Part shown: positions 39,201 through 50,849 of the stretch, piece by piece | Layout: every line of letters starts with the position of its first letter | How positions within the stretch are numbered: position 1 is the stretch's first letter | Assembly (NCBI RefSeq): GCF_964204645.1 | Contig: NC_134030.1 | Span: forward strand, 8,289,122 to 8,353,121 | Source: Tubulanus polymorphus | Lineage: Eukaryota; Animalia; Nemertea | Length of the DNA stretch: 64,000 nucleotides | Direction: 5' to 3' | Translations under genes and position numbers: made by a program | Notes under the pieces: generated by a model | Told to the model about the DNA's origin: nothing | Databases searched by the model: none | Seen by the model: the letters and a program-made list of their open reading frames with translations, nothing else

Positions 39201-42200
39201 CGTGTGCTTTGTAGGCGGAAAAGTACACTATTCTTGTTTAATTGATTTCAGCCCTTGACCAGGCGGAAAATAAATGGCCGTGTTTTGAGTGCAATCAACG
39301 ATTTAAGACGTCAGCTCTTCTGCAGCACCACCTGTTGGAGCACGACGATGACAACACTAATCCTTCCGCGTCGATTCTCAATCCGCAAGCGTCGACCTCC
39401 GGTGAAGGCGACTCTAAATCGAAAAAGGTGCGTTTCAATGTTCCACAATAAACCCTTGATGTGACATTTTTCGGCTTTACATAACTTAACAGTCTCGAAT
39501 ACAAATTTTATCTTTCTGTGTATATTGGTTCTTGGGCTTTTGTTATGAGACCCTTATTCTCTGACTTTCGGCTGCTTAGCTTCGTTAATAGTGGGTCGAT
39601 CTTGATGAAACTTTGGTAAAATGATAGTGTGGGGGTTTAGTTGTGCAGTGCAAAGGATGGGCCCGATGCACACACCATGGCTGAATAAGCACTAAAAACT
39701 CATCCCTGTAATTGAGGAACTTGACAAAAATTAGCTTTTGGTCCTAGATACAACATATCCAAAATGGGAACTAATGCATGGCAATTTCGGAATCTGAGAC
39801 CGAGAACTGTTGTCGCCTATGTCTTCAAGCCGTGTTTCTTTTACAATGAAAAGAGTATTTTGTTATTCTGGGTCTACTGTATACCAATATAGCTTTGTTG
39901 AGTTTGTGAATTGAATTTTGCAGGATGGGTCTGGATCAGCGCATTCTTCATTTCAAAACTGGAAGAAGAAAAAGACAAATATATTCTTGAACAAGTAAGT
40001 CATTTAAAAATATGCAAAACGCTTAGGTAAATAATGGACTCTAATCTATTAACATGTTCACTGCCAGCTAGGAATGTACCCGTGCTTTACGTTCAGTTAC
40101 CAGTGCCACTACGAATATATTCGTAGCTCATTCTAGCTATTTACAGTTAAATATTTGCACCTAGGCACATAGGGATGAAACAGTTTCTGATTGTGAACAA
40201 ATTCAGCTTCACTCTCAATGTTCATAGTTGAATTTCGCGCAAAAGCTGACTAGTTAATTGCTCCAGTGCTGCCCTACGAGTTTGTTTGTAGTGACAATTG
40301 GGGCGGCGCTGTATTATCAAGCTGGCAGCAAAAACGATGAATTGACAAATATTATGATATCTCGTTCATTTGTACTTTCAGACATTTGAAGAAGGTGAAA
40401 TATGGCAATAGCGGTGGCGAAACCTCAAAACGACCTATGAAATCATTGTTCAAGAAAAAAGAAAGTAAAGTCAATGGCGGTGCTCAAGAATGGGTTTGCA
40501 CTAATTGCGATCTGACCTTCGACAATCCCAGTTTACTGAATCTCCATACGTTGACGCATGCGGCTGAAAATGTCGGACTCGAAGAGATTAAATTTTTGGC
40601 CGGTGAAATCGCGAACATCCCGGCCGGTATGGAGAACATGGATTTGACCGGCGACTCGCACACGCCGGAAGGGGAAGACATCAGCACGCTCGGCGGTAAC
40701 CAAACGATGGAATGTCCCGTGTGTAAGATGCTTTTCACGTCGAAGTTGGAGCTGATCGACCACGCGAGCACGCACGGCAAAGCGAAAAAGCCGCCTGTCC
40801 TACGGCCGTATAAATGTAGCAGTTGCTGGAAGGCTTTCCGCTGCGAGGAGAGTCTACACAAACATCTTCTGTGCCACGGATCGGAGGACGCGAAACCGTT
40901 ACAGTGCGTCGTGTGTTTGAAGCGTTTTATGAATAACAGCGCGCTCTCGTGTCACATGAAGACGCATTCGTCGCGTAAATACTACATGTGTCCGGTTTGT
41001 CGAGAGGAGTTCGACGTCGTGTCGAAGCTGCGCGAACACACGGTGAAACACGAGGTCAACGGCCAGTATCCGTGTCCTGAATGCCCGAAAATCTTCGCCG
41101 AATTCAACCAGATACGCAAGCACATGCGCGCGTTCCACTCACAGAAGTCGTACCCGTGTCCCGAGTGCCCGAAGGTGTTCCCGCGGCCCGACAAGCTGAA
41201 GCTGCACTTACTGCGCCACTCGTCGCATCGCGAGTTCATGTGCGAGCTGTGCGGCCGCCAGTTCAAACGTAAAGACAAACTGAAAGAGCACACGCGTCGC
41301 ATGCACACGGCCGAACGCGAAGAGAAGAACACGCAACAAAAAGCGCGTCCGGGAAAACGTCGGTTCACACCGAAAGTATCTCCGTCGGATTATCACCGAT
41401 TCATCTACAAATGTCATACCTGTTTGCTCGGGTTCAAACGACGAGGAATGCTCGTCAATCATCTCGCGAAACGGCACCCGGATGTCAAGCCGGAAACAGT
41501 GCCCGAACTGAACTTACCGATACTGCGTACGCAACGCGATTACTATTGCCAGTACTGCGACAAGGTTTACAAGTCGAGCTCGAAGCGCAAGTCGCACATA
41601 TTGAAAAATCACCCGGGCGCTGAGTTGCCGGTGAGCGGTCGCAAGAAAGACAACGAATACGGCTTGGACGTCGAGTGCGGCACGAGCGACGGCACGTACT
41701 CCCAGCCGGTCGGCAGCGTGACGACCGTGCCGCATCCATGCGAGTGCTGTCACAAACAATACGCGAGCAAAGCGAAACTGATGCAACACCAACGCAAGAA
41801 ACACCCGGGTCTCGTTGCTCCGCCGAAAGCCAGGCGCATTCTCGAAACGTTGAACACTTTGCAAATGCAGCATTTGGCGCCGATGCCCGATGAGTTGCCG
41901 ACCGTACAGCAAGTGCACGTGCAGGGTCTACACGATCTACAAGCGGCCGATTTATTAACGCAGGCGATGAGCGAACTGACGCAGTCGATGAATGATTTTC
42001 GTCAACAGCCGAACGCCGAGTTGCAGGTGCCGCGACAAGCGACGCTGGTTCAGCCGGGCGGCCAGACGACGACGATCGAATTCACCCAACTCGGAGCGGC
42101 TTTGGCTCAGTTCCAGCCGCAAGCCGGGGCCGTATCGGTGACTCCAGTCGCGAACGCCGGCCAACAGATGATTCACTTCACCGGAACAACTAGTCAACAA

Positions 42201-42299
42201 GATGGATCCATTCCGCAAAGTTTAACCGTACCTGTCTCAATTCAGCCGATTCCTCAACAGCAGAAATGGCCCAGTTATACGTACACCACAACTCGCTGA
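33219..42299 (+). CDS. PRDM10: PR/SET domain zinc-finger protein PRDM10 orthologue, ~1315 aa, 15 coding exons (33219-33485, 34327-34509, 35103-35255, 35847-36098, 36218-36296, 36417-36536, 37180-37289, 37412-37517, 37817-37957, 38037-38149, 38599-38784, 39097-39169, 39252-39427, 39924-39994, 40382-42299)
   Basis: Zinc knuckle WCEDC..ECPYH...VLSRAWASLP. PR domain GVFAKKSIPKNTQFGPF...CNWMMFIRP...EQNLVVYQ...ELKVWYAAHYA. C2H2 array with PRDM10-typical FKRKDKLKEH, GFKRRGMLVNHLAKRHP and YCQYCDKVYKSSSKRKSHILKNHPGAELP. All junctions are phase-consistent. Confidence 0.93.
33517..33638. mobile_element. Short MITE with GGGCCRGTTGCTCAAAAGTTGGTTA TIRs
   Basis: GGGCCAGTTGCTCAAAAGTTGGTTA ... TAACCAACTTTTGAGCAACCGGCCC. 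Confidence 0.75.
34655..34985. mobile_element. Cluster of ~2.5 copies of a GGGCCGGTTCCATAGTC-TIR MITE with internal TTAAGAC repeats; a partial copy lies at ~13635-13740
   Basis: CAG|GGGCCGGTTCCATAGTC...GACTATGGAACCGGCCC|CAG, followed by an inverted copy and a third start. Confidence 0.8.
36736..37000. mobile_element. Second copy of the CAGGGTGGCCA-TIR MITE (in a PRDM10 intron)
   Basis: CAGGGTAGCCA...TGGCCACCCTG with the same internal TCAGGGAA motifs. Confidence 0.7.
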
Positions 42300-45200
42300 A
42301 TCGTTATTGAAGTCTTTATGGACGTTTTATCTATTAATGCTAGCAATGTGAAACATTATAGTAGTTACCATGCGTAGTCTTATCACTTTATCGGACGTTT
42401 TCTTATTATTCCTATGATAGGCTTGTAGGTGATGTTACTGTGGGTAGTATGCCCCTACTGTTAATTACAGGGTAGATGCGGTATTGTATGTATATATACC
42501 ACTCGTTTTGTCTTGCATTTTGTGTTGGAAGGGCCTTGAATTGATTAAGTTTAAACGCGGTACTTCATTTGAAGTTAGTGGTGTCTTGTTTAGAAAGATG
42601 GATATTTACTGAACCCTGTAATACATATGATAGATTCTCACATAAAAGTTTGTGCAATATCTTAGGTTTTATATATCTGTAATACATAATATGTATGTAT
42701 GAACATGTAGTAATATTTCATCCAAAACGAATTAGTTCTTGAAGTATTTCCTTATCAGGAATTATGTTACGGTATATTCTTCGCTTTAATAAAACTTTGC
42801 TTTAAAAATCGATAACTTTTTCAATTGTAAATAAGCATGGGCGTTACACGTGCATTTATTCACTAGTAAATATGATAACGTAGTGTTTTAATCAAAAAGT
42901 ATATGAATACCGTAGTGTGAGTGCGTGTTGATGTAAGAAAGGGTGTGATGAAGAGGCTCAGGTCGACTTGCAATAGATATTGGTATATTATCTACTATTA
43001 TATAGTGGTTTTAGAATTTAGGATTGTCGTAATTGTCATGAATTTTCCATAGTCACGTGTACATATAGTTGGCTCACAACTGGGGTTCTTACGGGTTTTG
43101 GAAAAATTGTATGCAGGCCCTGGAAAAGCTAAGAAAACTTTTTCTCTATGTTTATTTAGAAAATCAGAAAATGGTCTCAAAATAAAATTTTCCCTTTTTT
43201 TAGGCTACATGCCTAAATGTCTTACTACACATTTGTAAACTAACTTATGAAAACACATGGTTGATGGTATTGATAATGGGAACTTATTTACTTTGAATGG
43301 GCCTACATTGTTTGTTCTTGGTTGGCAATATGTAACTTAGGACTATGGACATTTATGATCTGGGTATAGAAAAGGTATGAAAAATGAAATTGGGAGACTC
43401 GTAAGAACCCTGAAAACCATAATTGACAACTTTGATGTATCTCCGTGGAAAAGGTTGAAGATATTTCTTTGGATCTTCAAATAAATGACACACAGTATGT
43501 ACACGTATATTCTATATATTTTCTATCTAAGCTTTCAATTTTTGTCCTTCTAAATATCTTCTCGCTCTTTCTCATCTCATTATAAAAGGCAAGGCACTTT
43601 TATTTCCTTAGTTGATAATGCGAATTGAATTTCTTGAAATAATGAAGAATATTTTTGCTGTTTTGTATGTACTGTAGTTAACGGCATACATATTATCGAT
43701 GTTGATTTGTACTATTTCAGGTCTTCTGTATCAAAAATTTTGAATTTCATTCAGCATCGAAAAAATTAAAATGTGTTATGAATGTTTGAACATTATTTAT
43801 TATGAGGGTATAACCCGTTCATACTCAGGCTTGAGTTCGTCTGAACGCGCAATGTGTCCAGTCTCTATAAAATTCAACCAAACTTATCCGGCAACAACCT
43901 GTTTTATCTGGTTGGTGCTTTATCGTGAAATTTACAGTATTGAGTATTTGCTTTGATTTTGTGGTTACGCATTTTTTTCTATGCAAGGAACGCGCTTATG
44001 ATAGGTCAATATGATACAAAATATCCGTGAAAGATGAATATACGAATGAAATCCCATTATAATTCAGCCAAAGATGTAAGGTTCCCGAGTAGAAGAGATT
44101 TTGGCTAAAGACCGTTAGTAGATTCATCAGGCGTACTGGTTAGCCGAAACGTAACTCAAGATCTATACTCTTTTACTCTAAGAACTTTTACATCATTGGC
44201 TGACTTATTGTGGGATTTCTCTTGTATATACATCGTAAGATTCTAGGAGTTCCACCACTGTCGTAAATTCAGTTTTTGATTATTTGCATCGAATTAGGTT
44301 CTTAATCTTAGCACTGAACTCTAGGCCTATAACCAGGTCTAGATTTGTACCAGAAGTTTCACACAGAGAATTATGTTATTGTTTTCACTCACAAATTATG
44401 AAATTGGTAAAACAAGAAATATATAGATATAATATATTCACTCTTTTGATCCTTAGATTTTTCTTAGCGTCAATTCTCTGTTACTACAGTAAACTTCGCC
44501 TTACTCGGACATGGTTAACTCAGAATTTTGACTAACGTGGACAAAAACGAAATCATTTCTGTGACTTGCTAACGTATTTTCCTCTTCCCGACTGGGACTT
44601 CACTTACCTGGGACCAATTTTGCCGGTCCCAGTTAGTTCGAGTTAGGCAAGTTTTACTGTACATGTATCTCCTATTATATGGACCATCTATTTTCTCTAC
44701 AATAGATCAAATTCATCAGTTACTTACTTAATCTTCTTCCACTTGGACCGGTCCTTAGCTGTGTGTTGGAGTGGAAATACATCAGTAGTGATGCTTAGAT
44801 GATGGAAGAGATTGGATGGAAATTTTTTAGGAACTTGTGCGCGCTTAATAGAAATATGGAAGCACATTTTGCGAAGGCTCTACAGGTCTTGCATGTGATG
44901 TCATAGTTTGTTTGCAAACCACTGGTGGACACTTGCCAGGGGATTTAGATACTTCAAGGGTGCATCATTGTTGTCTAAAGGACGTGGATGGCTGCAAGAA
45001 CTCAATAGATGTGAGGATCATCTGAAGATTTTTCTGCCAAAACTAGAAATATTAAATGGAAAAACTACAAAATCTAAACCAACTACAAGTGATTTTGAAA
45101 TAATATACAGATTATTTATTCATGGACTTCGGATGAAAATAATTACAAGTAAACTTGTACATTGTATAAAAAGAAAAATACAATTCTTATTGTAAAATAC

Positions 45201-45342
45201 GAAACAATATTGCGATATCCACTTTTTAAAAGGAAATATTTTTCACATCGACCGTGTTACACAATTGAACAAGTCGATTTAAAAACTAAAAGAAGATGTG
45301 TCCTCCTACGCAACAAAACTTCTGTTGCTTGAAAAGATTTGA

Positions 45343-46317
45343 TTAGATCGGTATGATAGGAACTAACGGTTTCCGTCCAGATGTCCAATTCGTTCCCCGT
45401 CCGTTTCCTCTTCCGCCTCGGTTAGCCGGAGCGCTCGTTGTCAGTTGCCCTACAAAACGAAGAAAAAACGCGTCGCTATTAATATGATTTAACAATTCAT
45501 ACAACAATGAATGTAAATATACTCGAATCTTACCGTCGTTGATATTTTGTACTTTGATTTCTAGTCTACTCAGTTTATTTTCGATCTCATCAATTTCACT
45601 GCTCAATTCGTCCAATTTAGAATTGATAAGAATACTGCAAAAAAAGTAATTAAATCGAATAGCGTTAAATAAGAAAATTAGAAATCAATTCGATGATAAA
45701 AATCACAGATTTCGAATGAGTTAAAATGCAGTTTTGTAGCAATATACGTACAACATCATGTCGTTGGTTCGTTTCGTTTGGTCCAGATCCACTGAAATTG
45801 AAGTGATACGAAAAGGTTTTATGCTTATGCGATGCTACAATTTCTCTCCAAAACGAATACTAAATTAACCCAAAAAATACAATTTTGATACAGATAATAA
45901 TGAATTGGGGTCCCACCTGGCGAATTGTTTGCTGCATGGTTCGTTGGCGATGGCGCCGAGACATTACTGAAATAGAGAAATTGAATTTGAAAAAGCCAAC
46001 ATATAGGTTGTATAACACTTCGGTAAAAGTTATACGGAAATAGAGCGAAATAACTATTAATTCATAAAATTACCTGTTTATGCGGGGTGTTATACTTTCA
46101 TCCTAAAATTTAGATATATCACAGATAAACTCATTTTTTCCGGATTTAATTTTGAATCGAAATGGAACACCATGGAAACGTATATTGCTGTATCTATTCC
46201 ATTCGCAGTCCGTAGAATGCATACACTTACCTCATCGAATCGTGCCACGGGCTTCGCTTGAATTCGGTGCGAAAATAAAGAAGCCAAAATGAACACGAGG
46301 AAAACTGCGAATTTCAT
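45343..46317 (-). CDS. Orphan secreted protein, 137 aa, six small exons (46317-46231, 46102-46074, 45966-45917, 45791-45752, 45634-45534, 45449-45343)
   Basis: Signal peptide MKFAVFLVFILASLFSHRIQA. Five GT-AG introns whose phases (0,2,1,2,1) give one open frame. Heptad segment LDELSSEIDEIENKLSRLEIKV. Confidence 0.75.
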
Positions 46318-47030
46318 GACTGTCGTCGATTCTGATCCTTCCTTGCTGACCGGGTACCACGAAATGGACGACTGGTTGTGGTCAATGACCAATGGAAGGT
46401 CAATTATCTTTGGAAGGGGTGTTAGAGATCCAAAATTTCGATTACAGATAGCCGCAACGAACATTTGAAGAAATTAAACGGATTCATATTTCTTGGCTAA
46501 CTGGTATATTGGCATTTAGATTCATATTTTTGTGCTAAAATTGTGCTTTATTGTCATATTTAGTCGGGATACTCAACGATTAATATATGAACGCTAAAAT
46601 AAAACGGTGGTCAAAGGATTGCACCATCACCCCTTTCGATTTCGATTGTCTCGACTGAAGATGAACTCGCTATCCGTGCCAAGGACAGCCGGCTTTGTCC
46701 GATTCATGTGTTAGAATCGTTCGGAAAGGTCGACCACAGACATGCTAACCAGACATATTTTGAACACACACATTTCAGAACAAAACAACTCATTTAATTT
46801 CGCATATACACATAATTCTACATACATATCTATCTACATTTTCATAACATCCCATGTCTTGTAGCATGGTGGCTGAATACGAAACATTTTAGTGAAAGAC
46901 TTCTTACTAAGAGCTTCGATTCGTGTCGGGTATTTTTCTTAAACATTTGCAATTTTGGTTTCTGCAAAGAAGTGTAAACGAACGCGATGTTTTCTGGCGT
47001 CTTGTCATCGAGTTCTTCTGGTTCGGCTAT

Positions 47031-48497
47031 TCACGTCCAGAAATTCCGCTCGAACACGGCACCCTCGACTTCTCCGCCGAGCAACGAGCGTTTCACTTTG
47101 GCGGCAAAGTCTTCCTTGGGTTCGCAGGACACGATCGGCGAAAGAATGTCGTCCAAATTGGGTTGATAGAATAGATACAAAATTCCTTGAACGAGATCTT
47201 CTAGCGTGGCGAGCGGTTGCCATTCTTCCAGCACAGAAACGCACACGTTATCTTCGTCATTGTCGTCGTAAAATGGCAAACAGTTTATGTTCGGGTGGTA
47301 GAGTTTAGTCAGACATATGACGCTGGGGACGTTAAACGGATATTTCTCGTCCAAAATAATCTGAAATACAAAAGACAAACCAACAAAATCAATATATATA
47401 TTCGAAAGAAATTCCATTTCAGCCGAGGATGTAAAGTTGTTGAGAGTGTATATATTCAGGGGTGGATCCAAAGGAAGGGTGCAGGGGTGTGCCTCCCCTT
47501 TAAAAGTTCAAGTTGCCCTGAAATATATACATATTACAGGAAAATGAAGAATAATGTACTGATAGCACAATGTTTAGCTTCATAAGCTTGTTTTCTGTGT
47601 TTCTTTTAGGGTGTCCTTTTAATCATATGATATCCCTGATATTTCGAGCAACGTTTCGGCTATAAAATAAGCCATCATCCTCTACTCAATAACTTGACAT
47701 CTTTGGCCAGAGCCATCGGAAGGATTTTTTGAAAATTCAATCGCCGGAGATGCGTTTTGGGGCCATTTCACGGTCTCATTCACAGAAGCATGAGAAGTCG
47801 TGTACCAACCACCTAGGAGAACGACGAGCTGCTACGCGGTACAGCGTGCTTTTGAAAAATTGTTTGTTAAGCGAAAAAGTGGGGCGGCTTTGGCCGCCCC
47901 TGCCGCCCCTGTTCCGACGGCCCTGTTGGCTGAGATTATTCAGGGAACATACGTATTCATCTTACACGGATATTATGTATCTTCCTATAAAACCTATTAT
48001 CTCAATCAAAAACAAGTCCTGCATTTGTGTCCAAATACAACTCGAGTTATCAAACTAAAGTGGATTTAGATTGTACCATAGAACTCAAATCAAATCTGAT
48101 TTGAGTTCTATGATTGTACACAAAGCACGTGTTATCGAGACGATCTACATAATCGATTATTCATAAAATTCATTATTAAGTAGCCTATACAGAGAAATAG
48201 CCTCAATATACGTAAATGATATTAATTGTGTCGGGAATATCGGATTCGCACCAATGGCACGGCCCCCATTTTGTTTCAATTACTTACCTTGAACAAGAAT
48301 GTTCCACCGTGATAATATCCTCCATTTGGTTTAATTTCTACTTTGAATGTGTCAATGCGTCCGTTTTCGAAATCGTGAAATATCTTCGCTTGTTCGTTTG
48401 ACAAATTGTCAATATTTCTGATTAATTCCATGGTGTCTTTTTGCAGACGATTGTTTATCAAATCCAGATGGTTGGTCCCGGCAACTCCCATTTGCAT
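47031..48497 (-). CDS. NEDD8-conjugating E2 (Ubc12/UBE2M/UBE2F)-like enzyme, ~179 aa. Exons 48497-48288 and 47360-47031
   Basis: RLQKD..EL, IKPNGGYYHGGTFLF, YPFNVPSVICLTKLYHPNI, catalytic NVCVSVL, WQP..TLEDLVQGILYLFYQPNLDD, and C-terminal SLLGGEVEGAVFERN similar to Ubc12. One phase-0 intron. Confidence 0.85.
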
Positions 48498-48729
48498 AAA
48501 TTTATAATTTGATTACATATGTCGTTAATACGTTTTAGTAATACGGGTAATCATTTAAGAACAATTTGTGACGTTTAAACCAATACATATCAGGTAATGC
48601 GCACTATGAACTCAACACTGAACATAACACGTGTTATAGTGTGTAGGCCTATATAATCAATGTCGAATGTGATTGCAACAGCATTACACCAACAAGGTTC
48701 TTTTATAGATAGCTCATATAGAACCTTGA

Positions 48730-48781
48730 ACTATCCACACTGATCATGTGACACTAGTGACGCGGTCACTTCTTAGTTTGC
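48730..48781 (+). repeat. Split direct repeat A1 (left terminus)
   Basis: ACTATCCACACTGATCATGTGACACTAGTGACGCGGTCACTTCTTAGTTTGC, identical to 55636-55687. Confidence 0.95.
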
Positions 48782-48947
48782 TTTCGAAGCTATCGGACGT
48801 GTGTGGTCAGCTGTTTTGTGGTGAGTTTTGTCTCCTGCGTTTGCCGATTTTCTGTGGTTCCTTTCCGGTAGCATTTGGTATTTTTCTTTGGAACTTTGTT
48901 TGTGGTTTCCTCTTTAGTTTTGGTCCCCTTTTGCCTGGTTTGGAGAC

Positions 48948-49194
48948 TTTGGTGTAGTCATCTTGGATGAAACACTGGGTTTATTAGTTTTAGTGCAGTC
49001 ATTTTGGATGAAACACTGGAGTTTATTGATTTTAGTGTAGTCATTTCGGATGAAACACTGGTTTTTATTTATTTTTGGTGCGGTCATTTCGGATGAAACA
49101 CTGGTTTTGTTAGTTTTAGTGCAGTCATTTAGGATGAAGCACTAGGTTTGTTAATTTTGGTGCAGTCATTTCGGATGAAACACTGATTTTGATG
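48948..49194 (+). repeat. Tandem array of six 41-43 bp hairpin-forming units in the retroelement 5' leader
   Basis: Consensus TTTRGTGYAGTCATTTCGGATGAAACACTGG plus a T-rich linker. Units start at about 48948, 48989, 49031, 49074, 49115 and 49156. Confidence 0.92.
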
Positions 49195-49981
49195 TTTTGG
49201 GTTATACTGTACCGTGATTTTGGGTTTAAGCACGGGCAGATGGTCTTTTAGATTTTCTGGGATAAGTGCAGTGTTTTGGATGAAGCACGGGAGATGGATT
49301 GATAGTGATTTTATTGAGGCAAAATTCTCGGTCAGGTTAGAAGTACTAGGGTACTTTGGTACATTTTGACCGTCAATGACATTTAGGTTACAGTGCTACA
49401 TGCGTGATTGCTTTTGCCTTTATTGGGACGTGGGTAAATACTGTAAGTCACAGTGCGTGCATTTTGCTAGATTTATTTCATTCATAGGCGCATTTCCAAG
49501 GTCTGGATTTGGAATTCTTTTGTGGGATTTCATTGGCTTTTCAAAATTCGGTTTAATCTTACTGGGCGTGTAAAGGCAATCTGGTGACGTTTTACCTGGT
49601 CCTTGGTCTCGTTTTGTAGTTAGCGGTAGTGTTGGGTTAGCATCAAGTCCTGTTAGTCAAATCGCTTTTCAGATTTGAGGACAGTTTTGGAGCTCGGTGG
49701 TATTATTAGACTTGTTTGACTGTGTATCGTACAGATGAGTTAAGGTGAGTTTTTATTAGTGTATTACTGTCGTATTAGTTCTTGTTTAATTTAAGATGGT
49801 GGCTAAGGAAAAATTACGGCATGTGGCCGAAAATTTAACGTTTTTCTGGTCTGGTCACATGTATATATTTTGTTAAACTTTGTCGACGGTTGTTAGGATC
49901 AGTTTGCTAATACTTTTAAATTTTATTCCTGGTACGAGGCGGTAGTAATTTTGATGTTCTTTTCGCTTATCTGTTTCAGAG

Positions 49982-50374
49982 ATGGAACCGGTGGTTTTAA
50001 AATCGTCAGACGGTTTGAAAACGGTGGACATCATCCCCATGTTATTAAAATTAAGAGGGTTAGATTTGAACGTAGATCGGCCTACAGCCTTCGCTAGGTT
50101 CGAAAGGCTTAAGCCACTAGAAGCAGCACCGAGGAAGTATGTGGATGATGCGGTATTTTCTCTGACTGGTAAAAAGATGAATGATCTGTTAACGCTGGTG
50201 GACTGGGAGGAGACGGAAGGTCCGCTGCTAGCGCACCACTTGATAATTTTTGCTAACGAGAACGCGAACAAGCTCCCTCAGGTACCAAAGAAAAGGAAGT
50301 CTGTGCCCGCACCTAGTACAAGCACGGTCGGTGCGGAGAGTGATGCGGTAACCCCAGATGGGGTTTCTGAACCG
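49982..50374 (+). CDS. Retroelement leader coding exon (131 codons), predicted to splice onto the downstream ORFs
   Basis: ATG lies 2 nt after acceptor CTGTTTCAG (AG at 49978-49979). The exon ends at CCG|GTGAGT (phase 0). Read-through after the donor is T-rich and stops within 14 codons. Confidence 0.75.
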
Positions 50375-50849
50375 GTGAGTGTTTTTATTTTCTCAGTTTT
50401 ATATCTGTATTTGTAGCCCCCGGGTTTGGTCGGTAGGCCTGGACTGGGTAGATTTATTGGGAAATTAATAGACATTTGTTTAAAACATGTGTAGCTCTGT
50501 GCGTTTAAGGTTTATTGCTCTGGGCCTTGCACATACCAGGATTTAGTGGGTACAGAATGGGGATCTGTTTTGGTTAAGTTAGAGGATTTTTCGTTTCCTT
50601 TACTGGAGGAGAAAGTTTATAGAGATTAGGTTTTTTAAAAGACAGCTTCTGAAAATGTAAGACGCAAGATGGAATGTAAAGATAACCCATTAAGATGTAG
50701 GTAATGGTATGAAGGAGAAGCATGAAACATTTAGGATGATAGATTTGACTATAGATTGTTCGTTAACCGAAATCATGGCGATCTTTTAAACTATTTACTG
50801 CGAAGTCATGCTGATTAGTCTATATTTGTATTTATCTCGTGTGTTTCAG

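Noticed and set aside
40484-42218. Many 60-135 aa overlapping or antisense ORFs
   Set aside because: Shadows of the GC/CpG-rich PRDM10 last exon; no independent motifs.
48948-49194. CRISPR array or hammerhead ribozyme interpretation of the leader repeat
   Set aside because: The host is eukaryotic, linkers are ~12 nt and alike, there are no cas genes, and the CUGANGA core is missing.
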